A stretch of DNA of 46,291 bases from Gammaproteobacteria bacterium (GCA_033839185.1 JAJLKJ010000004.1:1-46291); one strand, 5' to 3'. Shown: positions 13,802 through 22,058, counted from the stretch's first letter. The notes: generated by a model not told the origin, from the letters alone. Numbers and translations: made by a program.

Positions 13802-13934
13802 AAGTCGCAAGTCGCAAGTCGCGAGTGGGCAGTCCAGGAAATTCAATGCGCCACAGAGGGCACAGAGTCAAACTGCTTCCCCGATGGCCTCTATGTGCTC
13901 TGTGCCCTCTGTGGTGTCCAGACTTCCCGCTTGC
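13802..13934. repeat. CACAGAG-family element, copy B, with (AAGTCGC)x3 outer array
   Basis: AAGTCGC x3 at 13802-13822. Arms are GCGCCACAGAGGGCACAGAG (13848-13867) and CCTCTATGTGCTCTGTGCCCTCTGTGGTG (13888-13916). A degenerate complementary flank GACTTCCCGCTTGC lies at 13921-13934. Confidence 0.82.
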
Positions 13935-13965
13935 CTGAGTGCACTTCGGGGGCTAACTTAAGTCC

Positions 13966-14829
13966 ATGACCTCTCTCGCCTTTATCGGCCCCGGCATCAT
14001 GGGGCGCCCCATGGCGCTGAACCTGATGGGCGGTGGCCACGACATGCATGTCTATGCCCGCCGGGCCGAGGCGGCCGAGCCGCTGGTGGCGGCGGGCGCC
14101 AGGGCCTGGGGCTCGCCGGCCGAGGCCGCCGCGCAGGCCGAGATGATCTTCTCCTGCGTCTCGGACACGCCCGACGTGGAAGACGTGCTGCTCGGTGCGC
14201 AGGGTGTGGTCCACGGGGCCCGGTCCGGCAGTGTCGTCGTCGACATGAGCACCATCTCCCCCAGCGCCACCCGGGAGATGGCCGCCCGGCTCGCCGAGCG
14301 GGGCATCGAGATGCTGGATGCCCCGGTGTCCGGGGGCGAGCAGGGCGCGATTGCCGGCACGCTCTCCATCATGGTGGGGGGCAAGGCCGAGGTCCTGGCG
14401 CGGGTGCGGCCGCTGCTGGACCTCATGGGCAGGAACATCGTGCACGTCGGCGGCAACGGGGCGGGGCAGGTGGCCAAGGCCTGTAACCAGATCGTCGTCG
14501 CCCAGACCCTGGTCGGCGTGGCCGAGGCCCTGCAGCTCGCCAGGCGTGAGGGCGTGGATGCCGCCCGCGTGCGCGAGGCCCTGCTCGGGGGCTTTGCCGG
14601 CTCGAAGATCCTCGAGGTCCACGGCCAGCGCATGCTGGACGAAAACTACACGCCGGGTTTCAAGGCACGCCTGCATACCAAGGATCTCGGCATCGCCCTG
14701 GCCGAGGCCGAGTCCCTGGGGCTCGACGTCACGGCGGTGCGCGCCGCTGCCGATCTCATCCGGCGGGTGGCCGAGGAGATCGACGGCGAGCTGGACCACT
14801 CGGCGGTGTTCCGGCTGCTTGGCGAATGA
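13966..14829 (+). CDS. NAD(P)-dependent 3-hydroxyacid dehydrogenase (HIBADH / 2-hydroxy-3-oxopropionate reductase family)
   Basis: N-terminal Rossmann motif FIGPGIMGRPMA, plus DAPVSGG and GAGQVAKACNQ signatures of the family. Confidence 0.8.
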   Translation: MTSLAFIGPGIMGRPMALNLMGGGHDMHVYARRAEAAEPLVAAGARAWGSPAEAAAQAEMIFSCVSDTPDVEDVLLGAQGVVHGARSGSVVVDMSTISPSATREMAARLAERGIEMLDAPVSGGEQGAIAGTLSIMVGGKAEVLARVRPLLDLMGRNIVHVGGNGAGQVAKACNQIVVAQTLVGVAEALQLARREGVDAARVREALLGGFAGSKILEVHGQRMLDENYTPGFKARLHTKDLGIALAEAESLGLDVTAVRAAADLIRRVAEEIDGELDHSAVFRLLGE

Positions 14830-14852
14830 CTCGGTTGAAGCCCCCTCAACGC

Positions 14853-14880
14853 AAAAGGCCCGGGAGATCCCGGGCCTTTT
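14853..14880. terminator. bidirectional intrinsic terminator between convergent genes
   Basis: AAAAGGCCCGGGA-GA-TCCCGGGCCTTTT is a perfect palindrome with A/T runs on both sides. Confidence 0.65.
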
Positions 14881-14905
14881 GCGTGGTGACGACTGATGCC
14901 GTCGA

Positions 14906-15349
14906 TCAGGGCTTGACGTAGGTGTAGCCCTGGCCCTGCAGGTGGGAGAGATGGGCGACGCCGCTGGGGACGATGTCGCTTTCCTTCACGTCGTAGAGGT
15001 CCTTCTTGTAGTCGATGCCCTTGCCCTTGAGGGTGTTGGCGCAGACCTGGAACTCGACGTTCTGCATCTTCAGGCTGTCGACGCGGGAGCGCAGGTCCTC
15101 GTTGGCCTTCGCGCCCTTGAGCAGGTCGACCCCGCCGCTGTGCATCACGACCTTGATCTCCATGTTCTCGGCGCCCACGGCGTTGATGTGGTTCTGGATG
15201 TTGCGCAGGGCGGCCATATGGGTCTTGGCGTCGCCGGAATTGATGTGGTAGACGGCCTTCTGCTTGCCGTAGTCGCCGGCAAAGGCGGCGCCGGAGAAGG
15301 CAATCAGGACGGCAGCGATGGACATCAGTGACATGACGAGTTTTTTCAT
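14906..15349 (-). CDS. DsrE/DsrF-like family protein with N-terminal signal peptide
   Basis: MKKLVMSLMSIAAVLIAFSGAAFA signal peptide, then a COG1416-type DsrE-like fold (KAVYHINSGD ... FQVCANTL). The ATG at 15349 has SD GGAG; the track ORF extends upstream to 15475. Confidence 0.65.
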   Translation of the reverse strand: MKKLVMSLMSIAAVLIAFSGAAFAGDYGKQKAVYHINSGDAKTHMAALRNIQNHINAVGAENMEIKVVMHSGGVDLLKGAKANEDLRSRVDSLKMQNVEFQVCANTLKGKGIDYKKDLYDVKESDIVPSGVAHLSHLQGQGYTYVKP

Positions 15350-15531
15350 GGGGTAGAACTCCTTCCATTCCTGTCTGTTTAGGGTTGGCCATGCGTTATG
15401 CATTGTTTTTATGAGCCCGGTCCGGGCCAGTGGGCCGGGTTGTGATTGTGACGAGTGAGGCAAACGTCCGATCACTGACTGGATGATGACTGAACGGAAG
15501 CGCTTATTCCATCCGGCGCCATCCCGCCCCT

Positions 15532-16002
15532 TCAGATATGGACGCTGAAGTCGCCGTGGCGCGCCTTGCCCAGCAGGTTGCGGAATGCGGCCCCGCTCAG
15601 GTGGACCAGGGATTCATGGTCGCCGGCCTCGAGATAGATGTCGTCCTGGGTATCGAGGCTGCTGTCGACCAGGGTCTCCATGCCATAGGCCGGACCCAGG
15701 GCCGGGACGGCGCCGGGGGCGCAGTCGGCGAACAGGGCGCTCACCTCCCGCTCGGTGGCCAGCCCCACCAGTTCACCCAGCTCGTGATGCAGGCGGGCGA
15801 GCTGGAGGCGGTGGGTGGCGGGCAGGGCGGCGAGCAGGTAGTGCCCGGCGTCTTCCAGTACCACGGCCTTGGCCAGGCGGTCGCCCGGGATGTGGGCGGC
15901 CTCGGCGCTGCGATTGGCCGAGGGCGTGGGGTCGTGGCGCACGAGCTCGTAGGCGATGCCGTGGTCGTCGAGATACTGTTTTAGCGTGGTGCTGATGCCC
16001 AT
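15532..16002 (-). CDS. YbaK/EbsC-like aminoacyl-tRNA deacylase domain protein
   Basis: 156 aa from the ATG at 16002 (SD GGAG). KAVVLEDAGHYLLAALPATHRLQL...GAVPALG resembles the YbaK/ProX editing fold. Confidence 0.6.
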   Translation of the reverse strand: MGISTTLKQYLDDHGIAYELVRHDPTPSANRSAEAAHIPGDRLAKAVVLEDAGHYLLAALPATHRLQLARLHHELGELVGLATEREVSALFADCAPGAVPALGPAYGMETLVDSSLDTQDDIYLEAGDHESLVHLSGAAFRNLLGKARHGDFSVHI

Positions 16003-16054
16003 GGCGTGATCTCCTCGGCAGATGGGCGATCCACCGAGTATAGTCCGGTGCGCT

Positions 16055-16453
16055 TCAGGCGTGGCGAATGCGTCCCGAGAGTTCGGTGCCCGCGGCCAGG
16101 GTGTGGTAGATGGTACCCTTCTGCACATTGCGATGCAGGAGGTCGAGCGTCTCCTCGTCGGCCCCGGTCGCCACCGTGATCGTGTACTCGATGCGGGCGA
16201 TGGCCGGCGGGCTGTCCTGACGCCAGCCGCGCAGCTCGATGCGCAGGCTGCCGATCTGCATGCGCAGCAGGGGCAGGGCGCGCTGGATGGCGCGCACCAT
16301 GCAGGCCGCCAGGGCGGCGAGCAGCAGCTCGGGCGGGCTGAGGGCGTCGTCGCGGCCCTGCATGTCGGTATCGAGGGTGAGCTGTGCGTCACCGGCCTGC
16401 GCCAGCGTGCCGTGCTCGTCGATGCGTTCGGCCACGAGATGGTATTCGAGCAT
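16055..16453 (-). CDS. OsmC/Ohr family protein
   Basis: 132 aa from the ATG at 16453 (SD GGAGAA). SPPELLLAALAACM and the C-terminal pattern are typical of the OsmC family. Confidence 0.7.
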   Translation of the reverse strand: MLEYHLVAERIDEHGTLAQAGDAQLTLDTDMQGRDDALSPPELLLAALAACMVRAIQRALPLLRMQIGSLRIELRGWRQDSPPAIARIEYTITVATGADEETLDLLHRNVQKGTIYHTLAAGTELSGRIRHA

Positions 16454-16528
16454 GCCTTTCTCCTGCCTTCTGAATGGTGCTGGGGACGAGTGTAGCCCCT
16501 GTCCGGCCATTTTCGGGGTCTGTTCCGG

Positions 16529-16548
16529 CTGTCATATTAATGTAACAT
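16529..16548 (+). promoter_or_regulatory. candidate Pho box upstream of the PiT transporter gene
   Basis: CTGTCATATTAATGTAAC matches about 15 of 18 positions of CTGTCATA(A/T)A(T/A)CTGTCA(C/T). It lies 32-51 nt before the ATG at 16580. Confidence 0.33.
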
Positions 16549-16579
16549 TCGGGCCAGTATTCAAACCGGGCGAGACACC

Positions 16580-18169
16580 ATGAGCACAGGCAAGTCGATG
16601 AACGTGGCCAGCATCCGCAACCCCGAGTACCTGCGCCTGACCGCAGGGCTGATCTTCATGATCGGCGTCTTCGTGTACGCCCTGTGGCATACCGACGGGA
16701 TACCGGATCTCGGTGCCCAGGCCCTGCTGCTGCTGATCGCCGCGGCGGTCGTGGGGGCCTACATGGCCATGAACATCGGCGCCAACGACGTGGCCAACAA
16801 CCTCGGCCCGGCGGTGGGCTCGCGGGCCGTGACGCTCGGCTGGGCCATCGTGATCGCCGCCGTGTTCGAGGCCATGGGCGCCATCGTGGCCGGCGGGGAG
16901 GTGGTGAGCACCATCAAGGGGGGCATCATCGACCCCGCCCAGATCACGCAGGTGGGCGACTTTGCCTGGCTGATGCTGGCGGCCCTGCTGGGGGCGGCAC
17001 TGTGGTTGAACCTGGCCACCGCCCTGGGCGCCCCGGTCTCCACCACCCATTCCATCATCGGTGCGGTGATGGGCGCCGGCATCGCCGCGGGCGGCTGGGG
17101 GCTCGTCAACTGGGCGACCATCGCCTCCATCGTCGCCAGCTGGGTGGTCTCGCCGCTGCTGGGCGGGGTGATTGCCGCCGCCTTCCTCTACCTCATCAAG
17201 CGCACCATCACCTATCGCCGCGACATGCATCTGGCTGCCGGGCGCGTGGTTCCCTGGCTGGTGGCGGTGATGGCGCTGGCCTTCACCACCTACATGTTCA
17301 TCAAGGGGCTGGGCGCGATCGCGCGTCTGCCCATCGGTTATGCCCTGCTGGCCGGCCTGGGCGTGGCCATCGCGGTGTTCTTCGTGGTGCGCGTGCCGCT
17401 GCGCCGCCGTGCCGTGGTGAGCGAGAACAGCAAGGAGGGCGTGAACGGGCTGTTCACCTGGCCGCTGATCTTTGCCGCCGCCCTGCTGAGCTTCGCCCAT
17501 GGCGCCAACGACGTGGCCAATGCCATCGGACCGCTGGCGGCCATCTACGAGGCCATCATCAGCGGGCAGGTGGCGAGCAAGGCGCCGGCGCCGTTGTGGA
17601 TCATGGTGCTGGGGGCGCTGGGTCTGGCCGCGGGCCTCGCGCTCTACGGTGCGCGCCTGATCCGCACGGTGGGGCGCGAGATCACCGAGCTCGACCGCAT
17701 GCGTGCCTATGCCATCGCCATGTCGGCCACGCTCACGGTGATCGTGGCCGCCCAGCTGGGCATGCCGGTCTCCACCACGCACGTGACCATCGGCGCCCTG
17801 TTCGGCGTAGGCTTCCTGCGCGAATACCTCAAGACCAACTACGCGAAGATGGAGGCCATCATCATCGCCGGCCACAAGGGCAAGGACCGGGCCGCCGTGG
17901 AGGCCTATCTCAAGGTCTTCGAGGCCGCGCCGGTGGCGGAGAAGCGCGTGATGCTGGCGGAGATGAAGCAGCGCGCCAAGGAAAACGACGCAGGGCTGGT
18001 ATTCGCCAAGAAGGAACGCAAGGCCATGAAGAAGGCCTACAAGAGCCAGCTGGTGAAACGCTCCATGGTGCTGCGCATCGTCGCCGCCTGGGTGATCACG
18101 GTGCCGGCGACCGCGGTGCTGGCGGCGATCCTCTACCGGATCACCACCTTCTGGGATGCGGGGTTCTAG
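16580..18169 (+). CDS. inorganic phosphate transporter, PiT family
   Basis: Duplicated GANDVAN signatures (GANDVANNLGPAVG and GANDVANAIGPLAA), multi-pass membrane profile, and a charged cytoplasmic insert near the C-terminus. Confidence 0.86.
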   Translation: MSTGKSMNVASIRNPEYLRLTAGLIFMIGVFVYALWHTDGIPDLGAQALLLLIAAAVVGAYMAMNIGANDVANNLGPAVGSRAVTLGWAIVIAAVFEAMGAIVAGGEVVSTIKGGIIDPAQITQVGDFAWLMLAALLGAALWLNLATALGAPVSTTHSIIGAVMGAGIAAGGWGLVNWATIASIVASWVVSPLLGGVIAAAFLYLIKRTITYRRDMHLAAGRVVPWLVAVMALAFTTYMFIKGLGAIARLPIGYALLAGLGVAIAVFFVVRVPLRRRAVVSENSKEGVNGLFTWPLIFAAALLSFAHGANDVANAIGPLAAIYEAIISGQVASKAPAPLWIMVLGALGLAAGLALYGARLIRTVGREITELDRMRAYAIAMSATLTVIVAAQLGMPVSTTHVTIGALFGVGFLREYLKTNYAKMEAIIIAGHKGKDRAAVEAYLKVFEAAPVAEKRVMLAEMKQRAKENDAGLVFAKKERKAMKKAYKSQLVKRSMVLRIVAAWVITVPATAVLAAILYRITTFWDAGF

Positions 18170-18188
18170 CAGCGGGGACAAGCCCTTT

Positions 18189-18217
18189 TGCCACAGAGGG
18201 GACAGAGATCACAGAGG
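18189..18217. repeat. CACAGAG-family solo arm, copy C (no partner arm found)
   Basis: TGCCACAGAGGGGACAGAGATCACAGAGG. No CTCTGTG arm lies between 18218 and the zupT stop at 18305. Confidence 0.7.
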
Positions 18218-18304
18218 TGATCGGGGTGACATGCGCCCTTGAGGCGATCCACTGACGACCCGCCAGCCCGCTGCCCGGCAGTCGGGGCCTTCGCTGCTGC
18301 ATGG

Positions 18305-19105
18305 TCAGGCCCCCAGGGCCTGGTCGAGGACCATCATCAGGCCAAAGCCCGCGAGCAGGGTGAAGGTCACCGGGGCCTGGTTGCCGCGGCGGTGGGTCTC
18401 CGGGATGATCTCGTTGCTGATGACGAACAGCATGGCGCCGGCCGCCACGGCCAGCCCCCAGGGCAGCAGGGCGTCGGCGAAACCGACCGCCGTCACGCCC
18501 ACCAGACCGCCGACGGGCTCCACCAGCCCCGTGAGCAGGGCCAGCAGGAAGGCCTTCGTGCGGCTGTAGCCGGCGGCCAGCAGGGCCACCGCGACCACCA
18601 GCCCCTCCGGCATGTTCTGCAGGCCGATGCCGATCATCAGCACGATGGCGTTGTTGAGGTCCGGTCCGCCGAAGCCCACCCCCACCGCAAGCCCTTCCGG
18701 AAAGTTGTGCAGCGTGATGGCGAAGACGATCAGCCACATGCGCTGGATGCCCTGAATCTCGGGACCGTCGTGGCCCATGATGAGGTGTTCGTGGGGTACA
18801 TGCTTGTGGATGAACCACAGCCCCGCCGCACCCAGCAGGATGCCGCCGAACATCACCAGTGGCGGGCTGAGCAGGCTGTCGGCCGCCACGCTCTCCAGTC
18901 CCGGCAGCAGCAGCGAGAAGAAGGTGGCCGCCAGCATGATGCCCGCGCTGAGCCCCAGCAGCAGGTCCTGGGCGCGTGGCGTGAGGCGCGGTGCCACGTA
19001 CATGGGCAGCGCACCGATTCCGGTGCCGAGCCCGGCGACCAGACTGCCGAGCAGGCCGAGGGTGATGGGCGAGAGGGTGAGCAGATGGGCGGTCAGCGAT
19101 TCCAT
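18305..19105 (-). CDS. zupT: ZIP-family zinc/divalent metal transporter ZupT
   Basis: 266 aa from the ATG at 19105. ITLHNFPEGLAVG and GLQNMPEGLVVA motifs. Confidence 0.85.
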   Translation of the reverse strand: MESLTAHLLTLSPITLGLLGSLVAGLGTGIGALPMYVAPRLTPRAQDLLLGLSAGIMLAATFFSLLLPGLESVAADSLLSPPLVMFGGILLGAAGLWFIHKHVPHEHLIMGHDGPEIQGIQRMWLIVFAITLHNFPEGLAVGVGFGGPDLNNAIVLMIGIGLQNMPEGLVVAVALLAAGYSRTKAFLLALLTGLVEPVGGLVGVTAVGFADALLPWGLAVAAGAMLFVISNEIIPETHRRGNQAPVTFTLLAGFGLMMVLDQALGA

Positions 19106-19136
19106 GCCGCCATTGTGACGTGTTCGCCGGGCTGCG

Positions 19137-20234
19137 TCATGCGGGCTTGTGCGAGGCGGCGTAGTTGGCCAGCCGCACCGGCATGCGTTTGGCGCCCCAG
19201 TGGCCCGGTTGCGCCTCGAACACGCCGGCGCAGGCGGTGCCGCACTGCGGGCAGCGGCCATCCCCGGTCAGCGCCCAGTCGGTGATCACGTAGCCGTCGC
19301 GCCCGATCAGGCGTTCCCCGCAGCCGTGGCAATAGGTGCTGCCACCCTTCGGGTCGTGCACGTTGCCGGTGTAGACGTAGCGCAGGCCATTCTTCAGGCC
19401 GATCTCGCGGGCGCGGGTCAGCGTGGCTGGCGGGGTCGGGGGATGCTCCATCATCTTCCAGTCCGGGTGGAAGGCGGTGAAATGCCAGGGGACGTCCGGG
19501 CCGAGCTCCTTCACCCCCCAGCGGGTCATGGCATCGATCTCCTCGTCGGAATCGTTCTCGCCCGGGATCAGCAGCGTGGTGATCTCCAGCCAGCAGTCGG
19601 TCTCGTGCTTGATGTATTTCAGGGTGTCGAGCACCGGGTCGAGGTGGCCGCCGCAGATCTTCCAGTAGAAATCCTCGGTGAAGCCCTTGAGGTCCACGTT
19701 CGCCGCGTCCATCCATTTGAAAAGCTCGGCGCGCGGCTCGGGCGTGATGTAACCGGCGGTGACCGCCACCGACTTGATGCCCGCCTCCCGGCAGGCCTTC
19801 GCCGTATCGATGGCGTACTCCATGAAGATCACCGGATCGTTGTAGGTGTAGGCCACGCTGCGGCAGCCCAGCTCCTTCGCCGCCAGCGCCAGGGTCTCCG
19901 GCGAGGCCTCGTCCATCAGCGTATCCAGCTCGCGCGACTTGCTCATGTCCCAGTTCTGGCAGAACTTGCAGGCCAGGTTGCAGCCCGCGGTGCCGAAGGA
20001 GAGCACCGGCGTCCCCGGCAGAAAGTGGTTGAGCGGTTTCTTCTCGATGGGGTCGACGCAAAAGCCCGAGGAGCGGCCGTAGGAGGTGAGCACGATCCGG
20101 TCGCCCTCGTTGGCCCGCACGAAGCACAGCCCGCGCTGCCCCTCGTGCAACTTGCAGAAGCGTGGGCAGACATCGCACTGGATGCGGCCGTCCTCGAGGC
20201 GGTGCCAGTAACGGGTGGGGATGGTGGTCTGCAT
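19137..20234 (-). CDS. AmmeMemoRadiSam system radical SAM enzyme
   Basis: CNLACKFCQNW (CX3CX2C), Cys-rich N-terminus CDVCPRFC, and a C-terminal zinc ribbon CHGCG...CPQCG. Divergent from the Memo and AMMECR1 genes. Confidence 0.85.
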   Translation of the reverse strand: MQTTIPTRYWHRLEDGRIQCDVCPRFCKLHEGQRGLCFVRANEGDRIVLTSYGRSSGFCVDPIEKKPLNHFLPGTPVLSFGTAGCNLACKFCQNWDMSKSRELDTLMDEASPETLALAAKELGCRSVAYTYNDPVIFMEYAIDTAKACREAGIKSVAVTAGYITPEPRAELFKWMDAANVDLKGFTEDFYWKICGGHLDPVLDTLKYIKHETDCWLEITTLLIPGENDSDEEIDAMTRWGVKELGPDVPWHFTAFHPDWKMMEHPPTPPATLTRAREIGLKNGLRYVYTGNVHDPKGGSTYCHGCGERLIGRDGYVITDWALTGDGRCPQCGTACAGVFEAQPGHWGAKRMPVRLANYAASHKPA

Positions 20235-20492
20235 GCGCTCTCGCTCCCTGCGTCAAACGGGTGTCACAGCCTGACTATAGGTTGGCATTCAGGCCGGAAC
20301 CAGCGATTTTTCCGGCTGTCGCATGACTACAATCAATGCAGAAGCGGTGGCTGTCGGCTAGGCTTGAACAGCGAGCCGTTGTCATGCCCGAGGTCGCCTT
20401 CTGCCCTGCCTCGGACGAGCTCTCAAAGAGCATGTAGGGAAAAAACATGCCTCAGTGACGATGAGATCACTTACACCAAAGGACGAACCACC

Positions 20493-21299
20493 ATGAACGC
20501 ACAAGCCCAGCCTGCCCCCCTGATTCGCCGTGCCGCCGTGGCCGGCATGTTCTATCCGGCCGATGCGGCCGAGTTGCGCGAGATGGTCGAGGGGTTTCTC
20601 GACCAGGCCCGCTGTGACGAGCCCCCGCCCAAGGCCATGATCGCCCCCCATGCGGGCTATATCTACTCCGGCGCCGTCGCCGCCTCGGCCTATGCCCGCC
20701 TGCGCAATCGCCGGCGGCCCATCGAGCGGGTGGTGCTGCTGGGGCCGGCCCACCGCGTGGGTTTTTACGGTGTGGCCGCCAGCAGCGCGGATTATTTCGA
20801 GACGCCGCTCGGGGACGTGCCGCTGGACCGCGAGGCCATCGAGCGGGTGGTGGCCCTGTCCGACGTCTTCGTCTTCGACCCGGCCCACGCGCAGGAGCAC
20901 AGCCTCGAGGTGCATCTGCCCTTTCTGCAGGTCGCACTCGGCGACTTCGCGCTCGTGCCGCTGGTGGTGGGATCGGGCGAGGCGGCGGAGGTCGACCGTG
21001 TGATCGAGGCCCTGTGGGGCGGGGAGGAGACGCTGATCGTGGTGAGCTCCGACCTCAGCCATTACCACGACTACCAGACCGCGCGCCGCATGGACGAGCG
21101 CACCACCCGGGCCATCGAGGCGCTGGAGCCGGGGAAGATCCGCCCGGAACAGGCCTGCGGCCGCCTGCCCATCCAGGGGCTGCTGAACGCGGTGCAGCGC
21201 CATGGACTGCAATGCCGGAACATCGACCTGCGCAGCTCCGGCGATACCGCCGGGCCGCGCGACCAGGTGGTGGGTTACGGGGCCTATGTCTGCGAGTGA
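20493..21299 (+). CDS. AmmeMemoRadiSam system protein B (MEMO1 family)
   Basis: AGMFYPAD, IAPHAGYIYSG, EHSLEVHLPFLQ and SSDLSHY motifs. The ATG at 20493 has SD AAGGA. It is embedded in the antisense-shadow ORF 19149..21299. Confidence 0.86.
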   Translation: MNAQAQPAPLIRRAAVAGMFYPADAAELREMVEGFLDQARCDEPPPKAMIAPHAGYIYSGAVAASAYARLRNRRRPIERVVLLGPAHRVGFYGVAASSADYFETPLGDVPLDREAIERVVALSDVFVFDPAHAQEHSLEVHLPFLQVALGDFALVPLVVGSGEAAEVDRVIEALWGGEETLIVVSSDLSHYHDYQTARRMDERTTRAIEALEPGKIRPEQACGRLPIQGLLNAVQRHGLQCRNIDLRSSGDTAGPRDQVVGYGAYVCE

Positions 21300-21874
21300 G
21301 CGCCGTGGCTGAGGCCTCGCTCGATACCGGCGAGCGCCGGCAGCTGCTGGTCATCGCCCGGCAGTCCATCGAGCAGGGCCTGCATGGCGGGGAACCCCTC
21401 CGGCTTGCGCAGGACGACCTGCCGCCCCGACTGCGGGAGACGGGCGGCACCTTCGTCACCCTCAGGCGCCACGGCGAGCTGCGCGGCTGCATCGGCACGC
21501 TCGAGCCGCATCAACCCCTGGCGCAGGACGTGGCCGAACACGCCTTTGCCGCCGCCTTCCGCGACCCCCGCTTCCCCCCGCTGCGAGCCGACGAGCTCGA
21601 CGACCTGACGATCGACATCGCCATCCTCGGCCCAGCCGAGGAGCTGGTGTTTCAGGACGAGGCCGACCTCGTGCGTCAGCTGCGTCCCGGCGCCGACGGC
21701 CTCATCCTGCAGGAGGGCGCGCGGCGCGGGACCTTCCTGCCGAGCGTGTGGGAGCAGCTGCCCGATCCCGCTGAGTTCCTGCGACAGCTCAAGCGCAAGG
21801 CCGGCCTGCCGGCCGACCACTGGTCGGACACGCTCAGGGTCTGGCGCTACGGCGTCGAGGTGGTAGGGGGCTGA
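21296..21874 (+). CDS. AmmeMemoRadiSam system protein A (AMMECR1 domain)
   Basis: GTFVTLRRHGELRGCIGTLEP and RGTFLPSVWEQLPDP. The GTG at 21296 overlaps the Memo stop (GTGA). Confidence 0.85.
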   Translation: MSAVAEASLDTGERRQLLVIARQSIEQGLHGGEPLRLAQDDLPPRLRETGGTFVTLRRHGELRGCIGTLEPHQPLAQDVAEHAFAAAFRDPRFPPLRADELDDLTIDIAILGPAEELVFQDEADLVRQLRPGADGLILQEGARRGTFLPSVWEQLPDPAEFLRQLKRKAGLPADHWSDTLRVWRYGVEVVGG

Positions 21875-21899
21875 AGTTTGAAGTTTGAAGTTTGAAGTT
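21872..21899. repeat. perfect heptanucleotide tandem repeat (TGAAGTT)x4
   Basis: Counted directly from the sequence. The first TGA is the stop codon of the AMMECR1-domain gene. Confidence 0.97.
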
Positions 21900-22058
21900 T
21901 GAGGGGTGAATCGCCTGGCGGGCACGGCCCGCCCTATTGTTCATCAGCCACAGAGCTCACAGAGGTATGACAAGGTGGTTTTACTTTGTGTCCTCTGTGG
22001 CAATACCCGTCTGAATGGCTCTGTCCTTCCCACTTCAAACTTCAAACTTCACCCCTAA
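21872..22058. repeat. CACAGAG-family element, copy D, full nested form: heptamer array / GC hairpin / core palindrome / complementary heptamer array
   Basis: (TGAAGTT)x4 at 21872-21899. GGCGGGC-ACG-GCCCGCC at 21917-21933. Arms at 21947-21965 and 21984-22001. CTTCAAA CTTCAAA CTTCACC at 22033-22053. Confidence 0.88.

Noticed and set aside
16532-18181. 549-aa minus-strand ORF and the 523-aa alternative plus frame 16684..18255
   Set aside because: They are antisense or out-of-frame shadows of the PiT transporter gene. Only the 16580 frame shows the duplicated GANDVAN motif and TM pattern.
19106-19136. Zur box upstream of zupT
   Set aside because: The 31-nt spacer (minus strand GAACACGTCACAATGGCGGC...) has no AT-rich Zur-type palindrome. 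Co-transcription with the radical SAM gene is more likely.
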